A stretch of DNA of 64,000 nucleotides from Oscillospiraceae bacterium. Its GTDB lineage: Bacteria; Bacillota; Clostridia; Oscillospirales; CAG-272. The stretch covers positions 4,691-68,690 of the forward strand of contig SVTX01000004.1 in assembly GCA_015063545.1 (NCBI GenBank), read 5' to 3'. Below the pieces are notes generated by a model. The model saw only the letters and a list, made by a program, of their open reading frames with translations. It was not told the origin of the DNA and searched no databases. The translations under genes were made by a program, and so were the position numbers. Shown one piece after another: positions 27,629 through 37,577 of this stretch; within the stretch, counting starts at the first letter, position 1, and every line of letters begins with the position of its first letter.

Positions 27629-28525
27629 TTAAATTTCTTCTGCTTCCGCAAGCAGTCTTGAAAGTCTGTGATTAAGTCCTGATTTTGTGATTGGAGGATT
27701 GTGAACTCGCGCAAGATCAGAGAGCGACATGTCGCTGTGCTCTATACGCAGTGCAGCGGTTTGTCGCAGATCTTCGCTGAGCGCCGCCAATCTTCCGCAT
27801 GCTTGCAATTTTTCTATTGCCTGAATGTGCTTAGATGCGGCATTTACCGAGCGCATTATGTTTCTCGCATCGCAGTTTGTCGCTCGGTTTTCCTCACCGC
27901 GAAGCTGATTGTTGAATTGTTGATTGAAAAAGTCAAAAACAGCCGTGCTGAGTTGACATAATGTTAAGAATCCGCTGACAGAATCGCTGTTCCTGAAAAA
28001 AAGACCGTATCCGTTGTTTTTGCGCTTTCTTATTCCCGGTCTGAGATCAGTCCGAGAATCAAACAGTTCTTTTACTTTATCAGCTCTTTGTCTGTTTGGA
28101 AGGCTTATCTCAAGACTGTAAGATTTTTCGGGGTCGCTTACTGTTCCGCATGAGCAGAAAAGCCCGCAAAAAAAGTATGAGACACATGATTGGCACGCAA
28201 AAATTTCACCCAAAGACGCGCTTGTATCACGAGCTTCGTCAATATCACTTAGAAGAGACATAGCGGTCGGCAAGTAAAATTGCAATGTGGTCAGACTGCA
28301 AAATCCCCTGTTTACCTCGGTGATGTCTATTTCTTTTATTTTGAAAACTGTGTTCAAAATATAAGTGATGAAATCCGATGTTTCAGAATCCGAAAGCTTT
28401 ACAGACAATGCGTTTTCCGTAAGGCTCGCACTCATCAGAGCGCCATATATAAATGCTTTTTTACAACACTTATTTTTGAATTTTAAATTGACTATATCCT
28501 GTTTTACTCTATGTGAAAATGACAT
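27629..28525 (-). CDS. whiA: DNA-binding protein WhiA
   Basis: MSFSHRVKQDI...CCKKAFIYGALM N-terminus and a C-terminal HTH (SLSDLARVHNPPITKSGLNHRL). Confidence 0.85.
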   Translation of the reverse strand: MSFSHRVKQDIVNLKFKNKCCKKAFIYGALMSASLTENALSVKLSDSETSDFITYILNTVFKIKEIDITEVNRGFCSLTTLQFYLPTAMSLLSDIDEARDTSASLGEIFACQSCVSYFFCGLFCSCGTVSDPEKSYSLEISLPNRQRADKVKELFDSRTDLRPGIRKRKNNGYGLFFRNSDSVSGFLTLCQLSTAVFDFFNQQFNNQLRGEENRATNCDARNIMRSVNAASKHIQAIEKLQACGRLAALSEDLRQTAALRIEHSDMSLSDLARVHNPPITKSGLNHRLSRLLAEAEEI

Positions 28526-28540
28526 ATTATCTCCGTAAGA

Positions 28541-29449
28541 TTATTTTTCGGGCAAGTAAATTATTTCAAGCTCCAGCTTGACGTTGAAGTGTTCTTTTAT
28601 CTTCTCTTTTATGATATCGGTCAGATTCAAAACGTCACTGCACGTAGCATTTCCCTTGTTAATAACAAATCCTGCGTGCTTTTCAGACACGCAAGCTCCG
28701 CCAACGGACAAACCCTTCAGACCGCAATCATCAATGAGCTTTGCAGCGATATATCCGTCAGGACGCTTAAATGTGCTTCCTGCGTTCGGAAAATCCAACG
28801 GCTGTTTGTCCTTGCGGCTTTGCATGTTTGCAAGCGCTTTGGCTTTTGCACTGCCGTCGGTGTCGTCTGTGAGCTTTAACTTAGCAGAGATCACGGTAAG
28901 ATTTTTATTTTTTGCAAATATACTGTTTCTGTAGGTAAATTCATGCTCTGTCGCATCAAGCGTTACAAGAGTGCGCTTTTCTGCATCATAACACAAGCTC
29001 TCAACAACAATATCTTTCATTTCCCCGCCGTACGCGCCTGCGTTCATATAAACCGCGCCGCCAACCGTTCCGGGAATGCCGTATGCAAATTCAAGCCCTG
29101 CCAAAGAGTGCTTTTTGATAGTTTCGGCTGCGAGCTCGGTGAGCTTTTTTCCACACTCCGCAGTGATGAACGTTATATCTTCTTCGCGGCACATGCTTGT
29201 GCTATTCATATTTTTTGTGAATATCAGAGCTCCGCGGTATCCGTTGTCATCAAAGAGAATGTTCGTTCCGTTGCCTATAATATCGAATCTTGTACCGGAT
29301 GTTCTGAGAACTTCTATTGAGCGAGTTAGTTCTGATATGCTTTTGGGGAATATCGCGACGTCGGCGCAACCGCCTATTTTAAACGAACTGTATTTATCAA
29401 GCGGTATATCTGTTTTTATTTCAATGTCTGCGGGAAGGTTTAAAATCAT
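28541..29449 (-). CDS. murB: UDP-N-acetylenolpyruvoylglucosamine reductase
   Basis: FKIGGCADV, GNGTNILF, GIPGTVGGAVYMNAGAYG and AGSTFKRP. Confidence 0.9.
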   Translation of the reverse strand: MILNLPADIEIKTDIPLDKYSSFKIGGCADVAIFPKSISELTRSIEVLRTSGTRFDIIGNGTNILFDDNGYRGALIFTKNMNSTSMCREEDITFITAECGKKLTELAAETIKKHSLAGLEFAYGIPGTVGGAVYMNAGAYGGEMKDIVVESLCYDAEKRTLVTLDATEHEFTYRNSIFAKNKNLTVISAKLKLTDDTDGSAKAKALANMQSRKDKQPLDFPNAGSTFKRPDGYIAAKLIDDCGLKGLSVGGACVSEKHAGFVINKGNATCSDVLNLTDIIKEKIKEHFNVKLELEIIYLPEK

Positions 29450-30132
29450 AAAACTATATCCTCAAGTTCGGAAAGATCGGTAATCGTGTAATTTATATTC
29501 ATGTTGCACGGGGCAGATTTTTTGTCGGGATTGAACCAGCAGGTATCTATTTTGGCATTTATGCCGCCTTGAATGTCCGACGTCAGAGAATCTCCGATAA
29601 CAAGAGCCTTTGATGCGTCGAAGTCGGGTATTCTTGAAGTTACGGCATTGAAATACTGTATGTCAGGCTTTTCATATCCAATGTCCTCGGAAATAAATAT
29701 GTCAAGAAAATATTTCGATAGCGCGACCTTGCCCATTCTGCCCTGCTGAACTTTTTTATTGCCGTTGGTGATAATGTAAAGACGGCAGTGCTTGGATAGC
29801 TTCTGACATATTTCTTCCGCGCCGGGAAGAACGTACGCTTTTGTTGCAAGGCTTTCAAGATAAAGCTGACTTATCTTTTCGGCATCTATACTGTACCCAT
29901 ATTTATCAGCAAAGGCTTGCCATCTTGCGCTATAGAGCTTTTTCTTTTCTATTTCGCCTCTTTCAAGCATTTTCCAATACATGCTGTTGATTTCGGAATA
30001 ATTATTAATGGTTTCATCGTTGACCGGAACGGAATAGTATTTCAGACAGTCTGATACCGCCTCGTGCTCTGAACGCTTGAAATCCAAAAGGGTTTGATCG
30101 GCATCAAAAAGTAAGATAGAATATTTTGGCAT
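29446..30132 (-). CDS. HAD-superfamily hydrolase, YjjG-like nucleotidase subfamily
   Basis: LLFDADQTLLDF, ITNG and IGDSLTSDIQGG. Start moved to ATG 30132 (AGGAG plus 8 nt). Confidence 0.75.
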   Translation of the reverse strand: MPKYSILLFDADQTLLDFKRSEHEAVSDCLKYYSVPVNDETINNYSEINSMYWKMLERGEIEKKKLYSARWQAFADKYGYSIDAEKISQLYLESLATKAYVLPGAEEICQKLSKHCRLYIITNGNKKVQQGRMGKVALSKYFLDIFISEDIGYEKPDIQYFNAVTSRIPDFDASKALVIGDSLTSDIQGGINAKIDTCWFNPDKKSAPCNMNINYTITDLSELEDIVL

Positions 30133-30281
30133 GTTCATTCTCCTTGTGTGAATACACTTACACATACTAATTATACATGATGAAGCAGAAAAATGCAACA
30201 CAAATTTTGAGTGCATACTATATATTTTTATATTTTTAATATAAATTCTGTATAAAATAAAAAAAGATTTGATTTACCCCC

Positions 30282-30310
30282 TTGAAAAAAAGCGACAAAT
30301 GAGTTATAAT
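30282..30310 (+). promoter_or_regulatory. SigA-type promoter: TTGAAA, 17 nt, TATAAT
   Basis: cTTGAAAaaaagcgacaaatgagtTATAATgt. The -35 is 30282-30287 and the -10 is 30305-30310. Confidence 0.55.
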
Positions 30311-30346
30311 GTAATGTGGATTATTTTGTAATGCGGAGGTGTGGAT

Positions 30347-30970
30347 ATGACTGTGATAGGCCTTACGGGACCAAGCGGATCAGGCAAGGGTAAAATTTCC
30401 GAAATTTTGTCCGAGTATGGATATAAACATATTGATGCCGATAGCATATACCACGACATACTCATTCCCCCGTCGACGTGTCTTGACGAGCTTGTCGATA
30501 CATTCGGCAAAGAGATACTCAACGAAAATAAAACATTAAATAGGCATAAGTTGGCGCAAATCGTATTTGGAGACGGCAACAAAGAGAAGCTTGACACACT
30601 CAACCGTATAACGCACAGATATGTGTGTGACAAAATACGCGAGATATTGCGATATAACGAGAGCGTTGCTGCTCAGTGCTGTCTGCTCGATGTTCCGCTT
30701 CTTTTTGAGGCAGGACTGGACAGTGAATGCGATTTCGTAATCGCTGTTTTGGCAGATGCCTCGGTAAGAGAAAACCGCATATCGGATAGAGACGGTATCG
30801 GTATTGAAGATGTAAAAGCAAGAATGGCATCTCAAAAGCAGGATGAATTTTACGTCAAACAAGCTGATTTTGTGATATACAATAACGGTGATGAGGATGA
30901 ATTGAGAAATTCCCTGTCGCGCATTTTGGATAGCATGGCGCTTGGAGGTAATCGTGAGTTACTCATCTAA
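30347..30970 (+). CDS. coaE: Dephospho-CoA kinase
   Basis: MTVIGLTGPSGSGKGKI P-loop and family-typical length. ATG 30347 lies 7 nt after GGAGG. Confidence 0.9.
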   Translation: MTVIGLTGPSGSGKGKISEILSEYGYKHIDADSIYHDILIPPSTCLDELVDTFGKEILNENKTLNRHKLAQIVFGDGNKEKLDTLNRITHRYVCDKIREILRYNESVAAQCCLLDVPLLFEAGLDSECDFVIAVLADASVRENRISDRDGIGIEDVKARMASQKQDEFYVKQADFVIYNNGDEDELRNSLSRILDSMALGGNRELLI

Positions 30971-31550
30971 GTCTAACATGGGAAAGAAATATGCAATAGC
31001 GATCGCTATAGTATTGGCGGCATCTGTTTTGGTTGGCTTTTTGGCTGACTTCATTATAACCAAGATAGAATATTCCGTGTATAAAAAGCCCGGAGAATAT
31101 GCCTCATTTGTTGATGAATATTCTGAAAAGTATGATGTTCCGCAGCATATTATATACGCTGTTATGAAGGCAGAAAGCGGATTTGACAGAACTGCTCGCT
31201 CACAAGACAATGCAATAGGTCTGATGCAGATGGTCGAGGATACCTTTATGGAGATAACCGAGGAAAGACTTCATGAAAATTTGCCGTTCAGTTCTCTGTA
31301 TGAGCCGCAGATAAGTATCAGATACGGAACTTATTATCTTTCATATTTGTACAAGATTTACGGTAATTGGAGTGTTGTTTTTGCCGCGTATAACGCGGGG
31401 CTCGGAAACGTAAACGAGTGGCTTGCCAGTAAGGAATATTCTGCTGACGGAAAGACGCTTGACAGTATTCCGTTTAAAGAAACACGAAAGTATGTGTCCA
31501 GAGTTGAAAGATATATCAAAAAGTACGACAAGCTTTACCCCGCACAGTGA
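30954..31550 (+). CDS. Membrane-anchored lytic transglycosylase (SLT domain)
   Basis: AVMKAESGF, AIGLMQM and AAYNAG. A GTG at 30954 lies 5 nt after GGAGG. The alternative start is ATG 30978. Confidence 0.75.
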   Translation: MSYSSKSNMGKKYAIAIAIVLAASVLVGFLADFIITKIEYSVYKKPGEYASFVDEYSEKYDVPQHIIYAVMKAESGFDRTARSQDNAIGLMQMVEDTFMEITEERLHENLPFSSLYEPQISIRYGTYYLSYLYKIYGNWSVVFAAYNAGLGNVNEWLASKEYSADGKTLDSIPFKETRKYVSRVERYIKKYDKLYPAQ

Positions 31551-31575
31551 TGAAAAAAATTAAGGAGATATAAAA

Positions 31576-32949
31576 ATGAACAAAAAACTTACTTACACGA
31601 AAAAGAATTTTTATAAGGAGAGCACCGAGGAGCAGATAAACGCTGCCTTTGAATATTGCAAAGGATATGCAGAGTATCTTGACGGCTCCAAAACAGAGAG
31701 AGAGGCTGTAAAATACTCTATCGCGCTTGCCGAGGCAAACGGATACAAGCCCTATTCCTTTGGAATGGAGATAAAGGCCGGAGACAAGTATTACTACAAT
31801 AACCGTTCACGCTGTCTGTTTTTGTTCAGAGTAGGAAGTGAGGATATCAACAACGGTATTCGTATTCTTGCATCCCACATTGACAGCCCCAGGCTTGACT
31901 TCAAGCAGATGCCTATATACGAGGACGGCGGCTTTTGCTTTGCCAAAACACGCTACTACGGCGGCGTTCGTAAATATCAGTGGGTGGCTCTTCCCTTGGC
32001 GCTTCACGGCGTTATCGTAAAGAAAGACGGATCTGTCGTTGACGTTAAGATAGGTGATGATGACAACGATCCCATCTTCTACATTAACGATCTGTTGCCC
32101 CACCTTGCGCAAGAACAGAGCCAGAAAACTCTTGCAACCGCTATTCCCGCAGAAAGCCTTAATATTCTTCTCGGTTCACGTCCTATTGCTGACGGTGAAG
32201 ACGGCAAAGCAATAAAAATGAATATTCTTACACTTATCAATGAAAAATACGGTGTCGAGGAGGAGGACTTCCTCTCTGCCGATATATTCGTAGTTCCCGC
32301 AGGCGGAGCGCGTGACGTTGGATTTGACCGTTCGCTTATGAGCGCGTACGGACACGACGACAAGGTGTGCGCATATCCTTCCCTTACAGCTTTGTTTGAG
32401 TCTGATGACAGCGAGCATACCGTGATGGTTGTTCTTGCTGACAAGGAAGAAATCGGAAGCGACGGAAACACAGGAATGAAGTCTGAGCTCTTTACAGACA
32501 TTATGCAGTCTATTTGCGCGGGACTCGGCGGAAACTATTTTGCTATGAAGGCAAATTCCAAGTGTCTCTCTGCTGACGTTACAGCATGCTTTGATCCCAA
32601 CTTCTCCGAATGCTACGACCAGAAAAATGTAACCCGTATAAACTGCGGTGTTGCTATGTCAAAGTACACAGGTCACGGTGGAAAGTCTGGTACTAACGAC
32701 GCTCCTGCAGAGTATGTTGCCTGGATCAGAAAAATAATGGCAGACCACGGTGTAATCTGGCAGACAGGCGACATGGGAAGAAATGATCTTGGCGGCGGCG
32801 GAACAGTCGCTAAATATATTGCCGAGCATAATATTGAGACGGTTGACCTCGGTGTGCCGGTAATTTCCATGCATGCTCCCTACGAGGTAGTGTCCAAGGT
32901 GGACGTATATTGCGCTCACAAGGCATTCCTTGCCTTCTGCATGGCTTGA
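31576..32949 (+). CDS. M18-family aminopeptidase
   Basis: 457 aa with ILASHIDSPRLDFK, GHDDKVC, DKEEIGS and ISMHAPYE. Confidence 0.8.
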   Translation: MNKKLTYTKKNFYKESTEEQINAAFEYCKGYAEYLDGSKTEREAVKYSIALAEANGYKPYSFGMEIKAGDKYYYNNRSRCLFLFRVGSEDINNGIRILASHIDSPRLDFKQMPIYEDGGFCFAKTRYYGGVRKYQWVALPLALHGVIVKKDGSVVDVKIGDDDNDPIFYINDLLPHLAQEQSQKTLATAIPAESLNILLGSRPIADGEDGKAIKMNILTLINEKYGVEEEDFLSADIFVVPAGGARDVGFDRSLMSAYGHDDKVCAYPSLTALFESDDSEHTVMVVLADKEEIGSDGNTGMKSELFTDIMQSICAGLGGNYFAMKANSKCLSADVTACFDPNFSECYDQKNVTRINCGVAMSKYTGHGGKSGTNDAPAEYVAWIRKIMADHGVIWQTGDMGRNDLGGGGTVAKYIAEHNIETVDLGVPVISMHAPYEVVSKVDVYCAHKAFLAFCMA

Positions 32950-32950
32950 T

Positions 32951-34021
32951 ATGTTAGATAAGCTTCGTCAGATCGAAGAAAAATATTCGAGCATAGAGTT
33001 CGAGCTTTCAAATAACAACTCTCTTATTATGGACGCCAAGCTTTATGCCAAGACGATAAAGGAATACAATTCCCTTACTCCTATAGTTGAAAAATACCGC
33101 GAATATATTTCGTGCGAAAAAAATCTTGAAGATGCACAGCTTATAATATCGGAATCTGACGATGCTGATATGCGAGAGCTTGCAGCCGAGGAGATAAAGG
33201 ACGCAAAGCAAAGGCTTGATACACTAAGGCAGGAGCTTACGGTGTTACTCATTCCCCGTGATCCCAATGATGATAAGAACATCATGGTTGAGATCCGCGC
33301 AGGTGCAGGCGGAGAGGAAGCGGCTCTTTTTGCGGCTGTTCTTTACCGCATGTACACCATGTATGCCGCAAGCGTTGGTTTTAAGACCTCTGTGATGAGT
33401 GCAAACATGACAGAGCTTGGTGGATACAAGGAGATAGTTTTCGGCGTTGAGGGTGACGGCGCGTATTCCAGATTCAAATTTGAGTCGGGAGTTCACCGCG
33501 TTCAGCGTGTTCCCGAAACTGAATCTCAAGGTAGAATTCAGACTTCGACCGCAACCGTTGCGGTGCTTCCTGAGGTTGAGGACGTTGAGATAGAGATAAA
33601 GGAATCCGACCTCATTTACGAATCCTGTAAATCCAGCGGTGCGGGCGGTCAGCATATTAACAAGACCGAATCTGCCGTTAGACTTACGCACAAGCCAACA
33701 GGAATTGTAATAGAGTGTCAGGAAGAGCGTTCGCAGTTCAAAAACAAGGATAAGGCGCTTAAGATGCTCAAGGCAAAGCTTTACGATATAAAGCAACGGG
33801 AGCAATCGGATCAGATTGCATCCGACAGAAAAAATCAGGTCGGCACAGGAGACAGAAGCGAAAAGATACGAACGTATAATTATCCTCAGTCCCGCGTTAC
33901 CGACCACAGAATAGGTGTCACGCTTTATTCACTGGACAGTTTTGTCAATGGCAATATAGGCGGCATGATAGACGCGCTTATCAGCGCCGATACTGCTGCA
34001 AAAATTAATTCAAACGAGTGA
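32951..34021 (+). CDS. prfA: Peptide chain release factor 1
   Basis: MLDKLRQIEEKY, the RF1-type tripeptide in RVQRVPETE, and GGQ in SSGAGGQHINKTESAVRLTH. Confidence 0.95.
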   Translation: MLDKLRQIEEKYSSIEFELSNNNSLIMDAKLYAKTIKEYNSLTPIVEKYREYISCEKNLEDAQLIISESDDADMRELAAEEIKDAKQRLDTLRQELTVLLIPRDPNDDKNIMVEIRAGAGGEEAALFAAVLYRMYTMYAASVGFKTSVMSANMTELGGYKEIVFGVEGDGAYSRFKFESGVHRVQRVPETESQGRIQTSTATVAVLPEVEDVEIEIKESDLIYESCKSSGAGGQHINKTESAVRLTHKPTGIVIECQEERSQFKNKDKALKMLKAKLYDIKQREQSDQIASDRKNQVGTGDRSEKIRTYNYPQSRVTDHRIGVTLYSLDSFVNGNIGGMIDALISADTAAKINSNE

Positions 34022-34026
34022 AAACA

Positions 34027-35067
34027 ATGAAAACAAAAGTGGTTAAGATAACCGATCCTTCCCTTGCAAAGACGGATATAGAGCATGCGGGTAGGTGTAT
34101 ACGCGATGGGGGGCTTGTGGTAATTCCAACCGAGACGGTCTACGGACTTGGCGGAGACGGAACAAACCCACAGTCAGCCAGAAAGATCTATTCGGCAAAG
34201 GGACGCCCATCGGATAATCCGCTTATTATACACATAAGCGAGCCTCGTGATGCCGAAAAATATGCCTATACCAATGATGTGTATTATAAGCTTGCAGACG
34301 CATTTATGCCGGGGCCCCTTACTGTCGTTCTCCCCAAAAAAGAGATTATTCCTAACGAAGTTACAGGCGGACTTAATACTGTTGCCGTGCGGTGTCCTTC
34401 ACATCCGGTTGCAAGAGCTATAATTTCTGAAGCGGGTGTTCCTATTGCGGCGCCGTCTGCCAATATTTCCGGTAAACCCTCCCCCACATCAGCTGAGCAC
34501 GTGATTTGTGATCTTGATGGCAAGGTGGATATGATAATTGATGGCGGTGAATGTGATATTGGGCTTGAATCTACCATAGTTATGGTAAATTCTGATAATT
34601 CTCTTACACTTCTCCGTCCGGGAGGAATTACATACGATGCTCTTTTATGCGTGTGCGAAGATGTTTTTATTTCCCCGACGATAGAAGGCGTGCTTTCAGA
34701 AAATGAAAGACCGTTGTCTCCGGGCATGAAATACAAGCATTATGCCCCCACCTCCCCCCTTGTGCTTCTTTGCGGAGATCAAGATAAGATAACTCGGTTC
34801 CTTTGCAATGAGCAGCAAAGAACAAGATGTCTGATACTCTGCTATGACGAGGAAATAAGCGCTCTGTCAAACAAAGGTCTTATTCCCATCGGAAGGCACG
34901 ATGACATTCAGATGCAGGCAAAAAAGCTTTTCTCCGCCTTGAGAGAAGCTGACAGGTATATGCCGGACGTAATATATGCGCACCTGCCTGACAAGGACGG
35001 GCTGGGACTTGCTCTTTATAACCGAATGATAAGAGCAGCCGCGCATACTGTAAAAGAAATAAAGTAA
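34027..35067 (+). CDS. tsaC: L-threonylcarbamoyladenylate synthase (Sua5/YwlC type)
   Basis: VVIPTETVYGLGGD, KGRPSDNPLIIH and AAPSANISGKPSPT. The alternative GTG start at 34018 overlaps the prfA stop. Confidence 0.9.
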   Translation: MKTKVVKITDPSLAKTDIEHAGRCIRDGGLVVIPTETVYGLGGDGTNPQSARKIYSAKGRPSDNPLIIHISEPRDAEKYAYTNDVYYKLADAFMPGPLTVVLPKKEIIPNEVTGGLNTVAVRCPSHPVARAIISEAGVPIAAPSANISGKPSPTSAEHVICDLDGKVDMIIDGGECDIGLESTIVMVNSDNSLTLLRPGGITYDALLCVCEDVFISPTIEGVLSENERPLSPGMKYKHYAPTSPLVLLCGDQDKITRFLCNEQQRTRCLILCYDEEISALSNKGLIPIGRHDDIQMQAKKLFSALREADRYMPDVIYAHLPDKDGLGLALYNRMIRAAAHTVKEIK

Positions 35068-35106
35068 CAGTTTACAAATAAAGTAAAGGTAAAATTATAC
35101 TGAGAC

Positions 35107-37350
35107 ATGGCTAAGAAAAAGAAAAAGGACGAGCAAAAACCGATAGTTTATGCTCCCGTGATACCTCAGCTTATAACGGATACGATCGAGAAAAACTATA
35201 TGCCGTATACTATGAGCGTAATAGTTTCACGTGCGATACCGGAAATAGACGGATTCAAGCCGTCTCACCGAAAGCTGTTGTATACGATGTACAAGATGGG
35301 ACTTCTGACAGGTCCCAGAACCAAGAGCGCAAATATCGTTGGCGCGACCATGAAGCTTCACCCTCACGGTGACCAATCGATATATGATACAATGGTTCGT
35401 CTTACAAAATCCAACGAAACGTTGCTTCATCCGTTTGTGGATTCGAAGGGTAACTTCGGTAAGCAGTATTCGTCAAACATGGCATGCGCTGCTCCCCGTT
35501 ACACGGAGGCGAAGCTTGATACCTTCTGTAACGAGATATTCAGCGGTATTGATAAGAATGCCGTAGACATGATGGATAACTACGACGGCACGATGAAAGA
35601 GCCTGTGTTGCTCCCTACTACCTTCCCCAATATTCTTGTAAATCCGAATAGCGGTATTGCGGTAGGTATGGCGTCGGATATATGCTCATTCAATCTCGCG
35701 GAGATATGTGACGGAACGATAGCGATACTTAAAAAGCCATCGCTATCCACGGAAAAGCTGATGGAGATCATCAAAGCGCCAGATTTTCCCGGCGGCGGAT
35801 TGATTATTTACGACAGCGAGCAGATGAGGAATATTTTTGAATCGGGCGACGGCTCGTTCAAAATCCGCGCAAGATATACTTATGATGCTACGGAAAACTG
35901 TATCGATATTATTCAGATACCGTATTCCACGACTATTGAGCAGATACAGAACAAGATAACCGCGCTTATTAAGGAAGGAAAACTTAAAGAGGTCGTTGAT
36001 TTCAGAGATGAAATAGATAAGGACGGATTTAAGCTTACGATAGATCTTCGTAAAGGTACCGATCCCGACAAGCTTATGAAGAAGCTCTTTAAGATGACTC
36101 CCCTTGAGAGTAGCTTTAAGTGCAATTTCAATATAATCATTGATGCGGAGCCCAGACAGATGGGTGTTGCGGAGATACTCTCGGAGTGGATAGTATTCAG
36201 AATGGCATGTCTTCGCCGCGAGCTTGGATTTGATCTTCAAAAGAAAAAGGACAAGCTTCACTTGCTTTTGGCGCTCGGAAAAATATTGCTTGATATAGAT
36301 AAGGCTATACGTATTATCCGAAAGACAGAAAAAGAAGAGGATGTTATTCCCAATCTCGAAGTTGCGTTCGATATTGATGAGATCCAGGCAAACTTTATAG
36401 CTGACATCAAGCTCCGCAACCTGAACAGAGAGTACATTCTAAACAGAATATCCGAGATTGAGGATCTTCAAAAGCAGATCGCTGAGATAGAGGAGATACT
36501 TGCGGATGAATTCAAGCTTAAGGCTTTGATTGCCGCACAACTTACGGCGATAAAGAAAAAGTACGGTCAGCCGAGAAAGACGCAGATCATTTATTCTCAG
36601 GATATCGATACCTACGTTGAGGAGGAAGAAATAGAAAATTATCCTTGCCGTCTTGTGCTTTCAAGAGAGGGATATTTCAAGAAAATAACCTTCAAGTCCT
36701 TGCAAGGTAACGACGAGCAAAGATTTAAGGACGGAGACAGTCAGCGCCAGATGTTTGACGCAGAAAATAAGGATGAGGTAATATTTATTACCGATCACTG
36801 CCAGATGTACCGTGCAAAGGTCAATGATTTTGAGAATACCAAGGCATCTGCCATGGGAGAATTCGTGCCTGCAAAGCTCGGCATGGATCCCGGAGAAAAG
36901 CCGATATTCATGAACATTCAGAATCAATTCAATGAGGGAGAAAATTTCATCTATATCTTTGAAAACGGTAAGGGTGTCAGAATTCCTCAAAAGGCATATG
37001 AAACAACGGCGGTCAGACGCAAGCTCAAGAGCGTATGTTCGGACGCTTCCCCGCTTGTAGAGGTATTTACGGAGGTGGAAAAAAAGCCGTTTGAGATAAT
37101 GCTCATTTCCTCAAACGACAGAGCGATAATTATTAAGACCTCGCTTATTCCTCAAAAAGCTACCAAAACGTCGGGCGGAGTTCAGCTTATGACTGTGAAG
37201 TCCGGTGTTAAGATAATTCGCGCGCTCTCGGATTTTGAAAGCGTATTTGAAAATACAAAAGGATACAGAAAGCTCAAGCTTCCCGCATCCGGTGTGGTTT
37301 TGTCCGAAAAAGATATCACAAAACAACAATTAAGCATAGATGATAACTAA
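35107..37350 (+). CDS. Type IIA topoisomerase subunit A (ParC/GyrA family)
   Basis: DGFKPSHRKLLYTM, HPHGDQSIYDTMVRL and the active-site Tyr in AAPRYTEAKL. 747 aa. Confidence 0.85.
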   Translation: MAKKKKKDEQKPIVYAPVIPQLITDTIEKNYMPYTMSVIVSRAIPEIDGFKPSHRKLLYTMYKMGLLTGPRTKSANIVGATMKLHPHGDQSIYDTMVRLTKSNETLLHPFVDSKGNFGKQYSSNMACAAPRYTEAKLDTFCNEIFSGIDKNAVDMMDNYDGTMKEPVLLPTTFPNILVNPNSGIAVGMASDICSFNLAEICDGTIAILKKPSLSTEKLMEIIKAPDFPGGGLIIYDSEQMRNIFESGDGSFKIRARYTYDATENCIDIIQIPYSTTIEQIQNKITALIKEGKLKEVVDFRDEIDKDGFKLTIDLRKGTDPDKLMKKLFKMTPLESSFKCNFNIIIDAEPRQMGVAEILSEWIVFRMACLRRELGFDLQKKKDKLHLLLALGKILLDIDKAIRIIRKTEKEEDVIPNLEVAFDIDEIQANFIADIKLRNLNREYILNRISEIEDLQKQIAEIEEILADEFKLKALIAAQLTAIKKKYGQPRKTQIIYSQDIDTYVEEEEIENYPCRLVLSREGYFKKITFKSLQGNDEQRFKDGDSQRQMFDAENKDEVIFITDHCQMYRAKVNDFENTKASAMGEFVPAKLGMDPGEKPIFMNIQNQFNEGENFIYIFENGKGVRIPQKAYETTAVRRKLKSVCSDASPLVEVFTEVEKKPFEIMLISSNDRAIIIKTSLIPQKATKTSGGVQLMTVKSGVKIIRALSDFESVFENTKGYRKLKLPASGVVLSEKDITKQQLSIDDN

Positions 37351-37371
37351 TTTCAGCAGGAGGTGAACAAA

Positions 37372-37476
37372 ATGAACGATAAGCGTAAAATGTGGGCACG
37401 CATAGGTGCAGTGGCAATGGTAGCATTTATGTTACTTGGATCGGTATTGACGGTAATTTCCATCTTTTTGAATTAA
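37372..37476 (+). CDS. Unlisted 34-aa membrane peptide (MNDKRKMWARIGAVAMVAFMLLGSVLTVISIFLN)
   Basis: Below the ORF-track cutoff. AGGAGGTG lies 8 nt before ATG 37372. It has a basic N-terminus plus one hydrophobic helix, with stop TAA at 37474-37476. Confidence 0.5.
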   Translation: MNDKRKMWARIGAVAMVAFMLLGSVLTVISIFLN

Positions 37477-37577
37477 TTCCCGATCCGCTATTAATTTACA
37501 AGGTATTAACAAATTTATTTTTCGCGAATGTTATAATACTATTGTAAGGCAAATCAATTTTTAGGAGGTATATTTTT

